Below, in pieces: positions 1 through 10,265 of a stretch of 64,000 nucleotides of DNA. The notes under the pieces are model-generated. The model did not search any database. It was not told the origin of the DNA and was given only the letters and a program-made list of their open reading frames with translations. Numbering within the stretch: position 1 is the first letter of the stretch; the number at the start of each line of letters is the position of its first letter. The position numbers and the translations under genes are program-made. Location of the stretch: contig CAZQMF010000001.1 in NCBI GenBank assembly GCA_964594235.1, positions 22,509 to 86,508 on the forward strand. The letters are read 5' to 3'. The DNA comes from an uncultured Acidimicrobiia bacterium. GTDB lineage: Bacteria > Actinomycetota > Acidimicrobiia > Spongiisociales > UBA4744.

Positions 1-303
1 ACTACACGGTCTCCAAGCATGTGATGATCAAGACGTAGGGCGAGCTTCGGCCGCCCGTTGGTCTCCCCAGGATCCAGGGCGACTGCTACCCCCCCAGCGA
101 AGCGTTGGAGGAGTGCCCCAAAGGAGGGAGGGGCCCAGGCGCAACCTGGGCGCGGGGAAAGTACCCCAGCAACAAAGCTGCTGGGGTAGGGGAGTAGTCC
201 GCGGGCTCCGTTGGTGGGAACCGCCCTCTCCGTCCTCGGCCTGCGGCCTCGGCCACCTCTCCCAACGTCAGGTTCGGCCCTCCTGGGGGAGGAAACGCTC
301 GTC

Positions 304-1791
304 TCACTGATTCTGGGGGAAGCCGAGATCGACACCCCTGTGGATCGGGTCGCTCCACCGGGTGATCACGACCTTCGGTCGCGTGTAGAAGTGAATGCCC
401 TCCGGTCCGTAGATCGCGTGGTCGCCGAAGATCGATTCCTTCCAACCGCCGAACGAGTAGAAACTCAACGGGACGGGAATCGGCACGTTCACACCGACCA
501 TTCCGACCTGGATCTCTGTCTGAAACGTGCGGGCCGCGCCGCCGTCGTTGGTGAACACGGCGGTTCCATTGCCCCACGGGTTGCCGTTCACGAGACGGAT
601 TGCCTCTTCGAACGTCTCCGTACGCACAACCGACAGCACCGGCCCGAAGATCTCATCTCGGTAGATCGTCATATCGGCGGTCACGTGATCGAAGAGAGTG
701 GGGCCGACGAAGAACCCATCTTCGTGGCCGGCGACCTGGATCCCCCTGCCGTCGGCGAGCAGGGTCGCGCCTTCCTCGATCCCCTTGTCGATGTAGCCGA
801 CTACCCGGTCCCTGTGCTGGGATGTGACCAACGGTCCCATGTCCGACCCGGGGTCCAGCCCAGGGCCCACCTTGAGGCGAGCGACTCGTTCTTCGATTCT
901 TGGCAGGAGCGCGTCCGCGGCGTCGCCAACCAACACGAGGACTGAGATCGCCATGCAGCGTTCGCCCGCCGATCCGAAACCGGCCGATACGGCTGCGTCG
1001 GCTGCAAGATCCATGTCGGCGTCGGGCAGGACGACCATGTGGTTCTTGGCACCGGCCAGCGCCTGCACGCGCTTGGCGGAGGCGGTGGCGGTCTGATGAA
1101 CGTACCGGGCGACGGGTGTTGATCCCACGAAGCTCACCGCCCTCACATCGGGATGGGTGAGGAGGCGGTCCACCGCGACCTTGTCGCCATGGATCACGTT
1201 GAACACACCCGACGGTAGTCCCGCCTCGGTGAAGAGCTCGGCGAGCATCAGTGAGATCGAAGGGTCCTTCTCCGACGGCTTGAGCACGAACGTGTTGCCC
1301 GTTGCGATCGCCATCGGATACATCCACATCGGGACCATCGCCGGGAAGTTGAAGGGGGTGATGCCTGCGACCACGCCGAGCGGTTGACGGATGGTCAACG
1401 TGTCGATGTTGCGCGACACGTTGACCGAGAAATCACCCTTGAGCAGGTGCGGGATGCCGCATGCGAATTCGACGACCTCCAATCCCCGTGCCACCTCGCC
1501 CTGGGCGTCGGCGAACGTTTTCCCATGTTGTCGAGAGACCATCCTTGCGAGATCGTCCGCGTGGCGGGAGAGCAGCTCCCGATAGGTGAACAGGATGCGT
1601 GCTCTCGCCGTCAACGAGGAGTCGCGCCACTCACCGAATGCCTTCAGCGCGTCTGCCACCGCGTCGTCGACATCGCCGACCGTCGCGTAGCCGACCCGGT
1701 CGACCACCTGCCCGGTGGAAGGGTCATAGATGTCACCTGCGGACACGGGGTGTCCCTCGTGCGCCTTGCCGCCGATCCAATGTGTGATCAC
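304..1791 (-). CDS. mmsA: CoA-acylating methylmalonate/malonate-semialdehyde dehydrogenase (ALDH superfamily)
   Basis: 495-aa ORF. Catalytic Cys context GERCMA. C-terminal block VNVPIPVPLSFYSFGGWKESIFGD is typical of MMSDH. Confidence 0.9.
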   Translation of the reverse strand: MITHWIGGKAHEGHPVSAGDIYDPSTGQVVDRVGYATVGDVDDAVADALKAFGEWRDSSLTARARILFTYRELLSRHADDLARMVSRQHGKTFADAQGEVARGLEVVEFACGIPHLLKGDFSVNVSRNIDTLTIRQPLGVVAGITPFNFPAMVPMWMYPMAIATGNTFVLKPSEKDPSISLMLAELFTEAGLPSGVFNVIHGDKVAVDRLLTHPDVRAVSFVGSTPVARYVHQTATASAKRVQALAGAKNHMVVLPDADMDLAADAAVSAGFGSAGERCMAISVLVLVGDAADALLPRIEERVARLKVGPGLDPGSDMGPLVTSQHRDRVVGYIDKGIEEGATLLADGRGIQVAGHEDGFFVGPTLFDHVTADMTIYRDEIFGPVLSVVRTETFEEAIRLVNGNPWGNGTAVFTNDGGAARTFQTEIQVGMVGVNVPIPVPLSFYSFGGWKESIFGDHAIYGPEGIHFYTRPKVVITRWSDPIHRGVDLGFPQNQ

Positions 1792-1819
1792 CGTGCTCCT
1801 CCGTCTCGTCCCAGACTAT

Positions 1820-3106
1820 TCACCGACCCAACCGGTCGAGCATGCGGTACCCCCAGGCGGCGAACGGAAGGAACCACGGTCGAGACCGGTAGTACCACCG
1901 TGTCGGCTGGGGAATCTCGGAGAACGGACTCGACGCCAGTTGGCCGGTCATCATCGCTGCAACGTCGATACCGAGATAGGTGCCGAGTGCCACGCCGTGG
2001 CCCCCGTAGCCCATGGCGTACCAGATGCCGTCGTTCATCCCGATGTGGGGAAGGAGATCGAAAGTGGCGGCGAGCTTCCCACCCCAGCTGTGGGTGATGC
2101 GGTACGTCTCGAGCTGCGGAAAGATCTCGAGCAGCCTGCGCTGGAGATCGCTGCCACTCTCGTGGAGGTCCAGGTCGGGCCGGAGGTTGCGACGCCCGCC
2201 GAGAAGAATCCGATCATCGGGTGTACGGCGGATGTAGTTGAGGAATCTGCGCGCCGTCCACAACATGTGCCCCCCAGGGATCAACTCCTTGGCGAGGTGC
2301 TCCGGTAGGGGCTCGGTGACGATGGAGTAGCTCCCGATCGGCACGACCTTTCGGCGGATGTTCGGGAACAAGGACCCGGTGTAGCCGTTGGTCGCCACGA
2401 GCACCCGTTCTGCTCTGAGCGATCCCCGACTGGTGACGATCCGATAGCCGGATCCGTCCCGGTGTAGGCCGATCACTTCGGAGTGCTCTGTGATGGTTGC
2501 GCCCGCTCGCAGTGCTGCACGGGCCAGCCCGAACGTATAACGGGCGGGGTGCAGACCGCCGCTCACCATGTCGGTCAGGGCGACCGAGAACAGGTCGCTG
2601 CCGACCACCTTTCGGACGTCGGGTCCGATCGACACGTCGATCGGGAAGTCCAGGTTCTCGGCGCTCCAGCGTGCATCTGCGCTGAGGTGTTTGACGTCAC
2701 GCCGAGTGAATCCGAGTTCGGCGGCGCCGTACCTGGCGAAGAAGCAGTCGATACCTTCCAACCGGACGACCTGCTCGACTCTCTCGATGGCGTCGATCGA
2801 AGCCTGCCAGAGCCTGCGACCCAGGTCGCCGTAGCGGCGTAGAAGGGGCTCGACCGGCGGCTTGACACCGTGAATGGCCATGCCGGCATTGATCCCACTT
2901 GCACCCTCACCGACGGCGCGGGTGTCGAGAACGGCCGTGGCGAGCCCGGCCCGCGCCAGGCCCCGGGCAGCATTGAGACCTGTTATCCCTGCCCCGATGA
3001 CGGCGACGTCGACCGTCGCCGGGGGATCGACGGTCGGGAGGGTGTCGGAGTAGTCGTCGGTCCAAAACGGAACGGTGCGAACGTCCATGGGCGGAACGCT
3101 ACTCAT
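1820..3106 (-). CDS. FAD-dependent oxidoreductase, DAO family (PuuB/OrdL-like amine oxidase)
   Basis: 428-aa ORF. N-terminal dinucleotide fold VAVIGAGITGLNAARGLARAG. C-terminal GYGGHGVALG block. Lies 28 nt upstream of mmsA on the same strand. Confidence 0.82.
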   Translation of the reverse strand: MSSVPPMDVRTVPFWTDDYSDTLPTVDPPATVDVAVIGAGITGLNAARGLARAGLATAVLDTRAVGEGASGINAGMAIHGVKPPVEPLLRRYGDLGRRLWQASIDAIERVEQVVRLEGIDCFFARYGAAELGFTRRDVKHLSADARWSAENLDFPIDVSIGPDVRKVVGSDLFSVALTDMVSGGLHPARYTFGLARAALRAGATITEHSEVIGLHRDGSGYRIVTSRGSLRAERVLVATNGYTGSLFPNIRRKVVPIGSYSIVTEPLPEHLAKELIPGGHMLWTARRFLNYIRRTPDDRILLGGRRNLRPDLDLHESGSDLQRRLLEIFPQLETYRITHSWGGKLAATFDLLPHIGMNDGIWYAMGYGGHGVALGTYLGIDVAAMMTGQLASSPFSEIPQPTRWYYRSRPWFLPFAAWGYRMLDRLGR

Positions 3107-3162
3107 TTTCCCGGGCGGAACCGACTACGGCGTCCGCCGCTGACTAACGTGCAGGGCACCGA

Positions 3163-4776
3163 ATGGCGGATCTGATACTGCGAGGCGGCACCATCTACAC
3201 GATGGACAGCGCGCGCAGTCGGGGAACGTCCGTGTTGATACGCGACGGACGAATCCAGGCCATCGGGCATGGGGAGGAGTTCCCTCGCGACTCCTCAACC
3301 GAGGTGATCGACCTCCATGGCAGATTCGTTCTACCCGGTTTCCAAGACGCTCACGTTCACCCACCGACAGGTGGGCTGAGCCTGCTGCGCTGCAACCTGC
3401 ACAAGGACACGACCAGCGAGCAGTATCTCGAGACGATCCATCGCTACGCCGTGGAGCATCTCGACGAGGAGTGGATCTTGGGTGGCGGTTGGGCGATGGA
3501 CGCGTTCCCCGGTGGCACTCCCACACGCGAAGGACTCGACGCCATCGTTCCGGATCGCCCTGCGTTTCTGGTCAACAGGGATGGGCACGGCGCATGGGTG
3601 AACTCGGTCGCACTGAAGCTGGCAGGCGTGGACCGATCCACACCCGACCCGATCGACGGGAGGATCGAGCGCAACTCCATGGGTGAACCGGCCGGCACCC
3701 TCCAGGAGGGGGCGATGGAGCTGGTGCATCGTGTCGTTCCCGAAGACACCGAAGAAACCTACCTCCGGGGTCTGAAGGTGGCGCAGGAGTACCTCCTATC
3801 GCTCGGGATCACGGCGTGGCAAGACGCCGACGTGACCCCGAGCACCGAGGCTGCCTACCGCAGACTCGCCGAAGCAGGCAACCTCCATGCGCGCGTTGTT
3901 GGTGCCCTGTGGTGGGAACGTTCCGAAGGTGAGGAGCAGATCGAAAGACTGATCCAGCGCCGTTCCGAGGGGTTCGCTGCCGGATTCCGGCCAACGAGCA
4001 TCAAGATGATGCTCGACGGCGTATTCGAGAATTTCACCGCCTCGATGCTCGACCCCTACCTCGATGCCGGCGGTGCGTCGAGTGGCAACACGGGCATCGA
4101 CTTCATCGACCCCGGCATGTTGCAGCGGTACGTGACGATCCTCGACGCCGAAGGCTTCCAGGTGCACTTCCACGCCATCGGCGACCGCGCGGTCAGAAAC
4201 GCGCTCGATGCCGTCGAATCGGCTCGTCACACCAACGGCTGGAACGACCACCGGCACCATATCTCACACATCCAAGTGGTTCACCCCGATGACCTCCCGC
4301 GATTCCGCAGGCTCGATGTCGTCGCCAACGGGCAGCCGTTCTGGGCGTGCATGGACGGGTACCAGGCCGAGCTGACGATCCCGTTCCTCGGACCTGACAG
4401 AAGCGCGGGTCAGTACCCGTTCGCGTCGCTCCTGCGCGATGGCGCAGCGCTGGCGTTCGGCAGCGACTGGTCGGTCTCGACACCTGATCCCCTCCTCGAG
4501 ATCGAAACGGCCGTCACCAGGATCTCGCCCGACGATCGCACCATGCCGGTCTTCTACCCGAACGAACGCATCGGGCTACATGAGGCGCTCGCAGCCTTCA
4601 CGATCGGATCGGCCTACGTCAACCACCTCGAGGGGCAGACCGGATCGATCGAGCCGGGGAAGCTCGCCGATCTCGTTGTGCTCGACAGGGATCCTTTCGA
4701 AGCTGAACCGATTGGCGAAACAAGGGTCGATTTCACCATGATCGAAGGCAAGATCCTCTACAGACGGGAGAACTGA
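3163..4776 (+). CDS. Metal-dependent amidohydrolase (YtcJ-like, amidohydrolase_3)
   Basis: 537-aa ORF. N-terminal metal motif FQDAHVHP, internal HFHAIGD, C-terminal AFGSDWSV block. Confidence 0.8.
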   Translation: MADLILRGGTIYTMDSARSRGTSVLIRDGRIQAIGHGEEFPRDSSTEVIDLHGRFVLPGFQDAHVHPPTGGLSLLRCNLHKDTTSEQYLETIHRYAVEHLDEEWILGGGWAMDAFPGGTPTREGLDAIVPDRPAFLVNRDGHGAWVNSVALKLAGVDRSTPDPIDGRIERNSMGEPAGTLQEGAMELVHRVVPEDTEETYLRGLKVAQEYLLSLGITAWQDADVTPSTEAAYRRLAEAGNLHARVVGALWWERSEGEEQIERLIQRRSEGFAAGFRPTSIKMMLDGVFENFTASMLDPYLDAGGASSGNTGIDFIDPGMLQRYVTILDAEGFQVHFHAIGDRAVRNALDAVESARHTNGWNDHRHHISHIQVVHPDDLPRFRRLDVVANGQPFWACMDGYQAELTIPFLGPDRSAGQYPFASLLRDGAALAFGSDWSVSTPDPLLEIETAVTRISPDDRTMPVFYPNERIGLHEALAAFTIGSAYVNHLEGQTGSIEPGKLADLVVLDRDPFEAEPIGETRVDFTMIEGKILYRREN

Positions 4777-4783
4777 TGAAGGG

Positions 4784-5863
4784 ATGGGGGTCAAAGTGAC
4801 TTCGGCAGCGGTGGAGCTGTCGGGCATCACCAAACGCTTTGGTGAGGTCGTGGCTGTCAACGATCTGGACCTGACCATCGGTGATGGCGAGTTCTTCTCG
4901 CTCCTGGGCCCGTCGGGATGCGGCAAGACCACGACGTTGCGCATGATCGCTGGCCTCGACTTTCCGACTGAGGGAAGTATCCGGGTGTTCGGGGAGGAAA
5001 TGGGGCTCCGGCCTCCGAACAAACGGCCGATCAACACAGTGTTCCAGTCGTATGCCCTGTTCCCACACATGACCGTCGCCCAGAACATCGGATTCGGACT
5101 CGAAATGCGCGGCATCGAGCGATCAGACGTCGACACACAGGTGGACGAGGCGGTGCAGCTCGTGCGTCTCAGCGGCATGGAACGACGCAAACCGACACAG
5201 CTCTCCGGGGGGCAACAACAGCGGGTGGCGCTCGCGCGTGCGCTCGTGAACCGTCCGAAGGTGTTGCTGCTCGATGAACCGCTTGGAGCGCTCGACCTGA
5301 AGCTCCGCCAGGCGATGCAGACCGAGCTGAAAGACCTCCAGGAACGGGTTGGAATCTCGTTCGTGTATGTGACCCACGACCAGGAAGAGGCGTTGACGAT
5401 GTCGGATCGGATCGGCGTCATGAACGACGGGGTCCTGCTTCAGGTCGGCACGCCTGAACAGATCTACGAACATCCCGAAACCAGATTCGTTGCGGACTTC
5501 ATCGGAGAGACGGCGTTCATCGACGGAGTAGTTGCAGAGTCGGGAGTCGTCCGTCTGCCCAACGGGAACACCGTTCGCACTCGCACCGACGTCCCCTCGG
5601 GCACCGCGGTGACGTTGGCCCTTCGTCCCGAACGGCTCTATCTCGCACCGCCCGACGAACCAGCGCCTGCGTCGGTCAATCAGATCGACGGAACCGTGCG
5701 CCGTCGCGTATACCTCGGGAGCGCCAACTTCTACGAGGTCGATGTCGGGTTCGACACATTGAAGGTTCGGCTCGAGAACACGATCATCGCCGCGACATAC
5801 GCGCCGGGTGATGCGGTGGTGGTGCAGTGGCAGCCCGGCTCGTCGAAGGCACTGTCAGAGTGA
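4784..5863 (+). CDS. potA: Spermidine/putrescine-type ABC transporter ATPase
   Basis: Walker A GPSGCGKTT, ABC signature LSGGQQQRVALARAL, Walker B LLLDEPLGALD, plus a C-terminal regulatory (TOBE-like) extension. In-frame GTG 4796 is an alternative start. Confidence 0.9.
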   Translation: MGVKVTSAAVELSGITKRFGEVVAVNDLDLTIGDGEFFSLLGPSGCGKTTTLRMIAGLDFPTEGSIRVFGEEMGLRPPNKRPINTVFQSYALFPHMTVAQNIGFGLEMRGIERSDVDTQVDEAVQLVRLSGMERRKPTQLSGGQQQRVALARALVNRPKVLLLDEPLGALDLKLRQAMQTELKDLQERVGISFVYVTHDQEEALTMSDRIGVMNDGVLLQVGTPEQIYEHPETRFVADFIGETAFIDGVVAESGVVRLPNGNTVRTRTDVPSGTAVTLALRPERLYLAPPDEPAPASVNQIDGTVRRRVYLGSANFYEVDVGFDTLKVRLENTIIAATYAPGDAVVVQWQPGSSKALSE

Positions 5864-6744
5864 GCGTCGAGACAGGCCCGGTGTCACCCGATCTCGAACG
5901 TGCTGCCGAGCGTGCAGAACGACGAAGGGGATTCCGGCTGGGACTCCCGGGCTTCGCCTATCTGGTGATCTTCTTCGCGATCCCGCTCGTCATGGTGTTC
6001 GTCTACTCGTTCGCGACGCGCAGCTCGACCGGAAAGACCCTGCTCCAGGACTGGAACCTCAACTCGTACCGCCGACTGGCAGAGTCGATCGTGGTGCAGA
6101 TCGCCTGGCGGTCGCTCTGGCTGGCCGTTCTGGCCACCGTCATCTGTCTGATCCTCGCCTACCCGTTCGCGTACTTCATCGCGACCAGACGACCGGCCAT
6201 CCGCAACGCACTCCTCGTCCTGGTGATGATCCCGTTCTGGTCCAACTTCCTGGTCAGGACGTACGCGTGGCGAGTGTTGCTCGGGTCCGACGGTCCCGTC
6301 TCGCAGTTGACGTCGCTCCTTGGATTGGGGGAAACCCGCATCCTCTTCACGCCGCTCGCCATCCTGATCGGCCTCGTCTACGGGTTCCTACCGTTCATGG
6401 TGTTGCCGCTGTATGCGGCGATCGAGCGGATCGACTGGAGTCTCGTCGAAGCAGCGCGTGACCTGTACGCGAGCGGATGGCAGGCGTTCCGCAGGGTCAC
6501 GCTGCCGCTGAGCCGTCCGGGAGTGGTCGCCGGCTCCATCCTCGTGTTCATTCCGAGCCTCGGCGCGTATGTGACGCCGGAGATCCTCGGCGGCGCGAAG
6601 ACCACCCTGCTGGGGAGCTATATCGTCCAGCAGTTCCTCGCCGCCCGGAATTGGCCGTTCGGATCGGCTCTGTCCTTCGCCGTGATGGCGGTCATGCTCG
6701 CGGCGACCCTCATCTACTTTCGAGAAGGAGGGCGGACCCTGTGA
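5827..6744 (+). CDS. potB: ABC transporter permease (PotB-like)
   Basis: Multi-TM ORF with permease loop EAARDLYASGWQAFRRVTLPLSRPG. Start is either ATG 5827 or GTG 5860, which overlaps the potA stop (GTGA). Confidence 0.85.
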   Translation: MAARLVEGTVRVSVETGPVSPDLERAAERAERRRGFRLGLPGFAYLVIFFAIPLVMVFVYSFATRSSTGKTLLQDWNLNSYRRLAESIVVQIAWRSLWLAVLATVICLILAYPFAYFIATRRPAIRNALLVLVMIPFWSNFLVRTYAWRVLLGSDGPVSQLTSLLGLGETRILFTPLAILIGLVYGFLPFMVLPLYAAIERIDWSLVEAARDLYASGWQAFRRVTLPLSRPGVVAGSILVFIPSLGAYVTPEILGGAKTTLLGSYIVQQFLAARNWPFGSALSFAVMAVMLAATLIYFREGGRTL

Positions 6745-7598
6745 ACTCCGGCACCCGACCGAAGGGCCTCGTCGAGCGGCTCCTCGCGGCCAACTCGTGG
6801 ATCGTGTACACGTTCTTCTACGCCCCGATCTTCGTGCTGGTCTTCTTCTCCTTCAACGACAACCGCAACGTCGGCGTGTGGACCCACGCCAGCCTCCGCT
6901 GGTATGGGGAACTCGCACAGAGTCACGACATCATCCGCTCCGTCAGGAACTCGCTGATCGTCGCCACCGTGGCGACCATCGTGTCGACGGTGATCGGCAC
7001 CGCTGCGGCACTCTCGATGGAACGGTTCCGGTATCGGGGTCAGCGCACCTACGACGCACTCCTGTATCTACCGATCATCATCCCGGACGTGACGATGGCA
7101 GTGATGATGCTGCTGTTCTTCGTGCAAGCCTTCGGCATCACGAACAACCTGTTGGGGACCAGGATCGAACTCGGACTCGGATCCATCTCACTCGCCCACA
7201 TCGCTTTCGACATCTCGTTCGTCGCCGTGGTCGTCCGCGCGCGCCTCGCCGAGATGGACTCGAGTCTGGAGGAGGCGGCTCGCGACCTCTACGCGAGTCG
7301 TTGGCAGACGTTTCGGAAGGTCACCCTTCCGTTGATCATGCCGGGAGTGGCCGGCGGGGCACTCCTCGCACTCACGATGTCGCTCGACGACGTGGTGGTC
7401 ACCAGCTTCGTCACCGGGCCGGGGTCGACGACTCTGCCCGTGTACGTGTTCGGCCTCGTGAAGAGGGGTGTGACGCCGCTCGTCAATGCCGTGTCGACGC
7501 TCATGCTGGTAGCGTCGATGTTGCTGGTTGCAGGCTCGCTCTTCTTCCAGCGAAGAAGCCGAGCGACAGGCCGAGGAGGAGGGACTGTTGAAACCTAG
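6741..7598 (+). CDS. potC: ABC transporter permease (PotC-like)
   Basis: GTG 6741 overlaps the potB stop (GTGA). Permease loop EEAARDLYASRWQTFRKVTLPLIMPG. The ORF-track extension back to 6477 overlaps potB and is rejected. Confidence 0.85.
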   Translation: MNSGTRPKGLVERLLAANSWIVYTFFYAPIFVLVFFSFNDNRNVGVWTHASLRWYGELAQSHDIIRSVRNSLIVATVATIVSTVIGTAAALSMERFRYRGQRTYDALLYLPIIIPDVTMAVMMLLFFVQAFGITNNLLGTRIELGLGSISLAHIAFDISFVAVVVRARLAEMDSSLEEAARDLYASRWQTFRKVTLPLIMPGVAGGALLALTMSLDDVVVTSFVTGPGSTTLPVYVFGLVKRGVTPLVNAVSTLMLVASMLLVAGSLFFQRRSRATGRGGGTVET

Positions 7599-8718
7599 AA
7601 CCACAATCGTGATCCTGCTGGTGGTGCTGCTCATGGTGGTGATGTCGGCGTGCGGAAATTCGGCCGACACCACAACCACTGGAGCGTCGGCACAGACGAC
7701 GACTACCGCTGCTGAGGCGATGGGGTGTTCTGCCGGTCAGGTGGACGGGGACTTGAACTTCTACAACTGGTCGGACTACATCGATCCGGACCTGATCACC
7801 GCATTCCAGGATCAGTACGGCGTCACGGTCACCCAGGACTTCTACGAGTCGAACGAGGAGATGCTCGCCAAGATCCAAGCCGGCGTGCACTACGACCTGA
7901 TCGTCCCGTCCGACTACATGGTCGGGATCATGATCGACGACGGCGAGCTGATGAAACTCGACAAAGCCGCCTTGACGAACCTCGGCAACCTGGATCCACA
8001 GTTCGTCAACATGCCGTTCGACCCAACGAGCGACTTTTCGGTGCCATACCAGTGGGGAACGACCGGGCTCGGTGTGGATCTGGCGGTGGTCGGTGAGGAT
8101 CACCCGTACTCGTGGGGCATCATCTTCGATCCTGCGATGAACCAGGGCCATCAGGTCTCCATGCTGAACGATGCACGCGAGGCGATGGGCGCAGCCCTCA
8201 AGTACCTGGGGTACTCGCTGAACAGCACGAGCCTCGACGAACTGCAAAAGGCAGCCGATCTGATCAAGTCCGCCAAGGACGTCATCGTCACGTTCGACTC
8301 GGACAACTACAACGACAACCTGATCAACGGTGAAGTATCGATCTCACACGGGTACAACGGGAACTTCTTCACTGCTTTCGACAGTGCAGACAACCCGGAC
8401 CAGTACGAGTACTTCATGCCCGAGGAGGGCGGAACGGTGTGGGTCGACAACATGGCGATCCCGGCCAACGTCGACCACCCGTGCACGGCGCTCACGTTCA
8501 TCAACTTCCTGCTGGACGCGCAGAACGGCGCGCAGCTGACCAACTACAACTACTACGCGAGCCCGAACGCCGCAGCGAAGGAGTTCATCGACCCTGACAT
8601 CCTCGGTGATACCGCGGTCTACCCGGACGAGGAGACCATGAAGCGGCTCGAATTCATCGAAGACACAGGCGACTTCGAGATCAACTACACCGACTACTTC
8701 ACCCAAGCCAAGAGCTGA
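7588..8718 (+). CDS. potD: Polyamine-type periplasmic substrate-binding lipoprotein (PotD/PotF family)
   Basis: Lipobox LLMVVMSACG followed by a Thr-rich tether. PotD-like block NFYNWSDYIDPDLITAFQDQYGV. TTG 7588 is preceded by GAGGAGGAGGG; ATG 7528 is an alternative start. Confidence 0.85.
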   Translation: MKPRTTIVILLVVLLMVVMSACGNSADTTTTGASAQTTTTAAEAMGCSAGQVDGDLNFYNWSDYIDPDLITAFQDQYGVTVTQDFYESNEEMLAKIQAGVHYDLIVPSDYMVGIMIDDGELMKLDKAALTNLGNLDPQFVNMPFDPTSDFSVPYQWGTTGLGVDLAVVGEDHPYSWGIIFDPAMNQGHQVSMLNDAREAMGAALKYLGYSLNSTSLDELQKAADLIKSAKDVIVTFDSDNYNDNLINGEVSISHGYNGNFFTAFDSADNPDQYEYFMPEEGGTVWVDNMAIPANVDHPCTALTFINFLLDAQNGAQLTNYNYYASPNAAAKEFIDPDILGDTAVYPDEETMKRLEFIEDTGDFEINYTDYFTQAKS

Positions 8719-8738
8719 GGACCGGAGGAGGGAAGCGA

Positions 8739-8760
8739 GGGGGCGGCTGCAGCCGCCCCC
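8739..8760. terminator. Perfect 22-nt GC palindrome between convergent genes (bidirectional terminator candidate)
   Basis: GGGGGCGGCTGCAGCCGCCCCC lies between the potD stop (8718) and the stop of the minus-strand ALDH (8761). There is no U-tract. Confidence 0.5.
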
Positions 8761-10200
8761 TCATCGCACGTTGTCGAGATCGAGTACGACCGTCTGCAAG
8801 TCGGTGAACTCCTCGATACGGCCACGGCCCCAGCCAGTCTCTGTTCCTGCGGCGCCACCGAACGGTTGGAATGTCTCCCAGAAGTCCGTCGAGTCGTTCA
8901 CCACGACGGTTCCGGAACGGATCCTGTCCGCGTACCAGAACGCTTTCGAGAGGCTCGACGTGAACACGGCGGCCTGGAGCCCGAGATTGGATCGATTGGC
9001 GATCGCTACGGCCTCCTCATCGTCGCCTGCAGTGATGATCGGCAGGACCGGTCCGAACGATTCCTCGGAGAACAGTGTGCTGTCCTGAGAGACTCTGTCG
9101 ACAACGGTGAAGCGATAGTAGAGGTCAGTCGGAAAGCCTTCTGCCCTTCCGCCCCCGAGGAGAACATCGGCGCCACGTGCCCTCGCGTTTGCGATCTGCC
9201 GGTCCATCTTCGCTGCCGTCGGCTCGTTGTTGAGAGGGCCCATCGTCGTGGATTCGTCGAAAGGATCACCCAAACGCACGGCATCGGCCGCCTTCAAGGC
9301 GAGTTCGACGAACTCCTCGTGCACGTCGTCGAGAACGATCACACGCTCGGTCGCGCAGCAGACCTGACCTGCGTTGTAGTACGCGCCGTAGACGGCGAGC
9401 GACGCCGCAGCATGCAGGTTGGCGTCGGTCGTCACGATCGTCGGGCCATTCCCCGACATCTCCATGATCGATCGTTTGATCCCCATCGTGGAGATGATCT
9501 TCTTACCCGTCGCGGTCGAACCGGTGAAACCCACGGCGTCCACGCCATCGTGGGAGACGAGCTTCGCTCCGATCGGGGGGCCACCCGGGATGATCGAAAC
9601 AGCCCCCTTCGGGACACCTGCCTCATCGAACGCCTCGGCGAGCTTGAGGAGCGCCCAGGAGGTGAACTCAGGAGGCTTCACGATGAGTGCGTTACCGGTG
9701 GCAAGGCCGGGGCCGACATACTCGAGTGGGATCGTGACCGGGAAGTTCCATGGTGTGATCACCGCCCACACGCCAATCGGACGGCGGAACGTGAACATGC
9801 GCTTGCTTCGTGACGAGGTCGGGATGACCTCGCCACCGAGACGCTTGGCGTCCTCCGCGGCATTGAGGAAGTACTGGTTCGCTTCGCGGATGTCCTCGAG
9901 GGACTCGGCGTGGTACGGCTTGCCCTGTTCGAGGGTCTGGATCCGGGCGACGTCCTCCACCATGGGCTCGATGGCTGCAGCGATGCGTGCGCAGAGGCCG
10001 GCTCGCTCGAACGCCGACCAGTGGCGCATCTCATCGGTCGCCTCGCGCGCCGCCCGGACCGCAAGGTCGAGGTCAGCCTGCGACGCGAGCGGCACGTTCG
10101 CGATGTGCTCGCCCGTCACCGGGCTGTGCAACTCGTGAACCTGACCGCCGGTTCCCTCGGTCCACTCGCCCGCGAGGTAGAGCTTCAGATCCTCAGCCAT
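8761..10200 (-). CDS. NAD(P)-dependent aldehyde dehydrogenase
   Basis: ATG at 10200 is preceded by GGAGG. Catalytic Cys context NAGQVCCATERV; Glu context MEMSGNGP. The ORF-track N-terminal extension to 10464 is Arg/Pro-rich and rejected. Confidence 0.9.
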   Translation of the reverse strand: MAEDLKLYLAGEWTEGTGGQVHELHSPVTGEHIANVPLASQADLDLAVRAAREATDEMRHWSAFERAGLCARIAAAIEPMVEDVARIQTLEQGKPYHAESLEDIREANQYFLNAAEDAKRLGGEVIPTSSRSKRMFTFRRPIGVWAVITPWNFPVTIPLEYVGPGLATGNALIVKPPEFTSWALLKLAEAFDEAGVPKGAVSIIPGGPPIGAKLVSHDGVDAVGFTGSTATGKKIISTMGIKRSIMEMSGNGPTIVTTDANLHAAASLAVYGAYYNAGQVCCATERVIVLDDVHEEFVELALKAADAVRLGDPFDESTTMGPLNNEPTAAKMDRQIANARARGADVLLGGGRAEGFPTDLYYRFTVVDRVSQDSTLFSEESFGPVLPIITAGDDEEAVAIANRSNLGLQAAVFTSSLSKAFWYADRIRSGTVVVNDSTDFWETFQPFGGAAGTETGWGRGRIEEFTDLQTVVLDLDNVR

Positions 10201-10265
10201 GACACTGCCTCCTTCCTGCAACCATGCTAGGGACGCTTCGCCGTGTCGGACCCTGGACAGGTAGG

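Noticed and set aside
1-38. Possible 3' end of a plus-strand CDS (...YTVSKHVMIKT-stop at 36-38)
   Set aside because: Only 12 codons are visible, so no family assignment or coding test is possible.
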